Shown piece after piece: positions 60,209 to 64,000 of a stretch of 64,000 nt of DNA. The translations under genes were made by a program, and so were the position numbers. Where the stretch lies: assembly GCA_965226375.1 (NCBI GenBank), contig CBDDCX010000008.1, positions 1,504,001 to 1,568,000 of the forward strand, in the 5' to 3' direction. Under the pieces are notes generated by a model, which was given only the letters and a program-made list of their open reading frames with translations, made no database searches and had not been told where the DNA came from. Each line of letters begins with the position of its first letter. The first letter of the stretch is position 1. Source of the stretch: Longimicrobiales bacterium. GTDB lineage: Bacteria > Gemmatimonadota > Gemmatimonadetes > Longimicrobiales > Gaopeijiaceae.

Positions 60209-62398
60209 CTAGAACAACCGCACCAACTTGAGACGCAGCCCCGCCTGAGGGGCAGCCACTCCACCCTCCCCGCCCGCCAAGCTCAAGGCCAATCCGCCCA
60301 CTCCGCTTCCCAGCAAGAAGTGTGCACCCGAAGACGACCAGAGCCGTCCATCGACGTGGAAATCCCCTACCGTGATGACGGTGGGGGCTAGCGAGTAGGA
60401 CCCGAGGCCCTCCGTAATGGTCTCGACCAAATCGACGCCGGGGTACTCGAGCATCGGGCGGACCGGGAGCAGGCTGTTGCCCGAGAGCTGGTCTTCCACA
60501 GCGACCGCAGCATTCCAGTCCGAGAACAGATCTTCCCAGGACGAGCCCGTCACCGCTTCAACGTTGTCGATTCCTGTACGCGTGGTCCGGGTCAGCGACC
60601 CCAGCAGAGCGTCGCTTCCCGCCTGATCCCTCAGGTAACGTAGGTACATCCACCCGGCACCCCGTTCTCCGAGCGTCCCCTGGCCGGTAACCACGATCAA
60701 GCTCACGTCAGCTGGATCCGAGAGAAACTGATTCGCTCTTCGCCAATTACCCTTCTGGTAGTCCTCCGCCTCGGAGCTTCCGCGTCGACGCAGTTCTTCC
60801 CCGACAAGGTCCTCACCCATCTGGGCCAGTCCCTCGGAGAGCCACAACGCATCGGCACGCTCACCGCCGAGGTTGATGATCCGTTCGTTGTGGTGGATCA
60901 TGTGTTGGAGCTCATGTGCGAGAACGGCCGGTACGGTGCTTTGGATGAGGCTCAGGCTCTGTACGTTCCCATACTGCCCCGTGGGATCGGGGACCATGAC
61001 GTAGAAGACCTCAGCCGCGTTGCTGTTTTCGGCCTCCGTGAACAGGTCGAGGCCGAAGAAGAACCCACCGACGAACTCACCTGAGCCCGGTGTTGACAGC
61101 CGGTTGACGCTGGGGGTGAAGAGAATGATCACTTTGTCGTTGTCGTCTACGTCGGACGTAGCTCCGAAGACACTCGTGTCCACCGTGTAGATCGGGTCGT
61201 CGAAGAGCGTGCCAAAACGCTCAATATCTTCCTGTGGAAGGCTGGCTAGCACCTCGACATCGACATACAGCATGGCTCGCTCCGAGGTCATCCGGAGCTC
61301 GGCCGTGACCTGATCGAACTCGCCGTCGCCGCGCACGACCTGAAAATCTCTGCGATCCCCAAGGTCGGGCGCTCGCTCTGAAGGCGAGAGAGCGGGTTCC
61401 TCTCCCGCCGATCGCTTTTTCCTGAGGAGCTGCTTTTCGAGACCTCTGAGGAACACTTTCCAATTTTCGCGTGCGGAGCCGGTTCCAGCGGAAGGGTTCG
61501 TGTCCACACGCGACGGCATGACCATGCGGGCCGGCGGAGCCACACCGCGCGACGCCACGCCCTGGGGCGTCTGCCTCAGACCCGTCAGCCGATAGTCGAA
61601 GCGCGCCGCGCCGATCGTGCTTACCGACTGGGCCACGGCCAGCCAGTTCCCCGCCGCGAGACGGACACACGAAGGGGCCTCTTCGACGACCACGGTCGTG
61701 TCGCCGCCGAAGTCGAAGTCCAGCACCTCGCCGGAGGCCTGAACGGCCAATGGGAGGACACCGCTCACCTCGCCTCCCAGCCGCACCGACACATCCACTT
61801 CTCTGCTGGGCAGACACGCCGGGACCTCCACGGACATCTGCGTCGGCTCAGCCACGAGCACGGATCCACGAATCCCGGAGAACAGAACAACGTTGTGAGA
61901 CGCAATCGCGCTGAAGTTGTCTCCCTCGAGAGTGATGACCTGCCCGGCATCCGCAGCGGGCGTGGAGAGCGAGGTGAGCTGCGGAGGTAACACGGCCCAC
62001 GCCTCGAATTCGACCAGCCGCTCCGGTTGGTCTCGAAGGCGTGCCTCTACACGGTAGACTCCCAGCGCCGCACCCAGACGCAACTGCACGGTTGCGAGCC
62101 CGGTGGAGTCGCTGTGTGTGGTGGCCGGCTCCAAGACGGCCCCGGAGCCCTCGACGACCGTCCAGTCGACCACCACGTCCTCCGCTGGTCGCCCATCACC
62201 GAGTTGTTGAACGGCCACGATGAGGGGATCGATGAGCAGCTGGTCGGTCGGTCCGAATTGGCCGCTCCCCGACACGGCCACCAGCTCGACCTCCGCCGTG
62301 GGCGGTTGAGTCGGGCCGTCCTTGGAACAGGCCACGATGCTCAGGGAGGTGACAAGGGTGACTCCGGCGAGGAGTCTGTGTAGAAGTGTGTCCATCAC
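60209..62398 (-). CDS. lipoprotein with Ig-like/IPT-TIG domains and zincin (M30-like) metallopeptidase domain
   Basis: IVAC lipobox; ITLEGDNFS IPT pattern; LAHELQHMI..WLSEGLA. Confidence 0.8.
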   Translation of the reverse strand: MMDTLLHRLLAGVTLVTSLSIVACSKDGPTQPPTAEVELVAVSGSGQFGPTDQLLIDPLIVAVQQLGDGRPAEDVVVDWTVVEGSGAVLEPATTHSDSTGLATVQLRLGAALGVYRVEARLRDQPERLVEFEAWAVLPPQLTSLSTPAADAGQVITLEGDNFSAIASHNVVLFSGIRGSVLVAEPTQMSVEVPACLPSREVDVSVRLGGEVSGVLPLAVQASGEVLDFDFGGDTTVVVEEAPSCVRLAAGNWLAVAQSVSTIGAARFDYRLTGLRQTPQGVASRGVAPPARMVMPSRVDTNPSAGTGSARENWKVFLRGLEKQLLRKKRSAGEEPALSPSERAPDLGDRRDFQVVRGDGEFDQVTAELRMTSERAMLYVDVEVLASLPQEDIERFGTLFDDPIYTVDTSVFGATSDVDDNDKVIILFTPSVNRLSTPGSGEFVGGFFFGLDLFTEAENSNAAEVFYVMVPDPTGQYGNVQSLSLIQSTVPAVLAHELQHMIHHNERIINLGGERADALWLSEGLAQMGEDLVGEELRRRGSSEAEDYQKGNWRRANQFLSDPADVSLIVVTGQGTLGERGAGWMYLRYLRDQAGSDALLGSLTRTTRTGIDNVEAVTGSSWEDLFSDWNAAVAVEDQLSGNSLLPVRPMLEYPGVDLVETITEGLGSYSLAPTVITVGDFHVDGRLWSSSGAHFLLGSGVGGLALSLAGGEGGVAAPQAGLRLKLVRLF

Positions 62399-63390
62399 CG
62401 AGGAATGGTCGAGAACGCCAGAAGCTCCAGAATCGGACTCCCGGTCAGGGTCGCGGCTCCGGTTCTGACACGTCCGACTACCCGGATACGTTCCAGCGGA
62501 CTCAAGCCCTCGGCCTCCGGGAGCCGCTCAGGCGGGATGGCCACATAGACGAACGCACCAGCTCCCCGGCCGGTTTTGGTCAGGAGAAACGGCTCTCCTT
62601 CATAGAAGTCCGTGCGGATCTTCTCCGCACGCTCCAGGGAGATGAATTGCACATCCCATTGCAGGACCCGGCCCCGGTACTCGAGGGGTGCAGCAACAAC
62701 GTCTTCGAAGCTGACGTCCGTAAGGACCGTGGTCTCTCCCTCGGCCACGGTGCCCTGCGGAAGCCACAACCATCCGTCCATCCTGACCCTGGCCCAGTTT
62801 CCCTCTCTTGCCAGGATCCTGAGGTTCGCCCCGGGTACGGCCGAGGCCAAGGTGTCTCCGTCCGGAGTGCTGAGGATGGCAGCATTGACCTCTCCACTGA
62901 TGGTCCACTCATCGGCGAGAACAACGTCCGTCCCCCCGCGGACCCCTCCCGGCGGCTCGTCGAGTGCCACGGACGGACTCCAGATCCAAGCCCTACGCCG
63001 CACTCTGACCCAGCCAGACACCCGCTCCACTTCCTGTAGCAAGGTCCCTTCTTCCAAACGGCCCAGGACGTCGCCGGATGGAGTGGCGCGAAGGTTCTCA
63101 CCCTCCGCGGCCGACACCACCAGATCGAAGTCGCCGCGGCCGCCTACCTGAAGCGACTGGGTCCAGACCCAACCGGCCAACTCGAACTCGAGCCAATCGT
63201 CTCCGGTGGCCAGGATATCAAGCGTCGTTCCGGGGGCGAGCTGACCCAGCAAGGTCCCGTTGGCCTGGGCCCGAAAGTTCTCGTCGGCCGTCACGGTTCC
63301 GCTCTGTCCAGAGAGACCCTGGGCCAAAATCGTCAGACCGACGCCGAAGAAGACGGTAGTGGCCCGCAATCGCTTGAAATCCGCGCTCAT
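62395..63390 (-). CDS. secreted protein with three SH3b-like repeats
   Basis: Signal peptide; three repeats of the type ENxR..G..LG.L..GT.L.......W......GW.W. Confidence 0.7.
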   Translation of the reverse strand: MSADFKRLRATTVFFGVGLTILAQGLSGQSGTVTADENFRAQANGTLLGQLAPGTTLDILATGDDWLEFELAGWVWTQSLQVGGRGDFDLVVSAAEGENLRATPSGDVLGRLEEGTLLQEVERVSGWVRVRRRAWIWSPSVALDEPPGGVRGGTDVVLADEWTISGEVNAAILSTPDGDTLASAVPGANLRILAREGNWARVRMDGWLWLPQGTVAEGETTVLTDVSFEDVVAAPLEYRGRVLQWDVQFISLERAEKIRTDFYEGEPFLLTKTGRGAGAFVYVAIPPERLPEAEGLSPLERIRVVGRVRTGAATLTGSPILELLAFSTIPR

Positions 63391-63532
63391 TTTCCTGAAA
63401 CGATCCTCGACAGATGGTGTTGAAAGGGTGATCTTCCGGCCCTCTGGAAGGGGCCTGACGCCACTTGCACGAATGTGTTCCGGCCGGTGGCGGTCGTCAA
63501 ATACCACTAAACGAAACGTCGAACCAGCTTTT

Positions 63533-64000
63533 ATGCCACACCCGAGAACGATCTGCCTGCTGCTGTGGGGAGCGATTCTACTCCAGTCCAGCCCCGCTGC
63601 CGCCCAGGATATTCCGTCGTCCTACCGTTTTGTCGAGAATAGTCATGAAGCAGGCCTGTTCGCGGGCGTCGCGAGCGTGAATCCGGGCCAGCTCGGACTC
63701 GGGCCCAAGTCGGCTGACGTGTACGGCGGACGATACTCGTTCATGTTCGGCAGTGCTCTCGTGTTCGAGGCTGATGCGACGTTCTTCAAGGGCACACGCG
63801 ATGTCATCGACATCCGCCGGGAAGAGGAGGATCGGGTTCTCGGCGAATCCACCGTCGACATACTGGCCATGGAAGCTCGTCTCAGAATAAACCTGACGGG
63901 CCAGCGGACCTGGCACGGCCTGCAGCCGTTTCTCGGCTTCGGAGGGGGGATGGCCTTGAGCAGCAATCTGGACCGGACCTTGGAGGATGCGGCCGACATG
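63533..64000 (+). CDS. putative outer-membrane beta-barrel protein (5' part; runs off the window)
   Basis: Open frame MPHPRTICLLLWGAILLQSSPAAA-QDIPSSYRFVE..RINLTGQRTWHGLQPFLGFGGG; signal peptide and alternating beta strands. Confidence 0.65.
   Translation, partial: MPHPRTICLLLWGAILLQSSPAAAQDIPSSYRFVENSHEAGLFAGVASVNPGQLGLGPKSADVYGGRYSFMFGSALVFEADATFFKGTRDVIDIRREEEDRVLGESTVDILAMEARLRINLTGQRTWHGLQPFLGFGGGMALSSNLDRTLEDAADM

Noticed and set aside
1..64000. Many long overlapping or antisense ORFs; tRNA/rRNA genes
   Set aside because: Shadow ORFs are expected at this GC content and overlap well-supported genes; no tRNA or rRNA signature was recognised by eye.

Overview
A GC-rich, gene-dense bacterial window. 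Gene content and protein style suggest Gemmatimonadota (Longimicrobiales-like); this is inference, not a database result. Most of it is housekeeping: maf, dtd, glmS, a Cys/Met PLP lyase, purD, mutM, an M16 peptidase pair, menG/ubiE, an ECF sigma/anti-sigma envelope-stress operon, mrp/nifU, P5C dehydrogenase, lepA, mfd-PPIase-surA-pdxA-ftsEX-envC-holB-moaC, guaB, acs, fur/perR and dacB. I found no rRNA, tRNA, CRISPR array or transposase. The best candidate for an undescribed system is at 55056-58224: a 44-aa lipopeptide gene below the ORF-track size cutoff (56279-56413, +) is transcribed divergently from a pseudo-receiver/AraC regulator and converges on a GAF-like + TPR protein, sharing its stop-codon TTAA. 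This resembles RRNPP (Rap/Phr-type) peptide signalling in what looks like a diderm host. Other observations: a ~300-bp MITE-like element with 34-bp terminal inverted repeats 3 bp upstream of purD; several gene lesions (in-frame internal deletions in a Wzc-like gene and a class-V aminotransferase, a scrambled MltD-like gene, a frameshift in pruA, an orphan kinase-like C-terminus); an anti-sigma factor with two zinc-binding domains; and a G-U-rich hairpin in the guaB leader.
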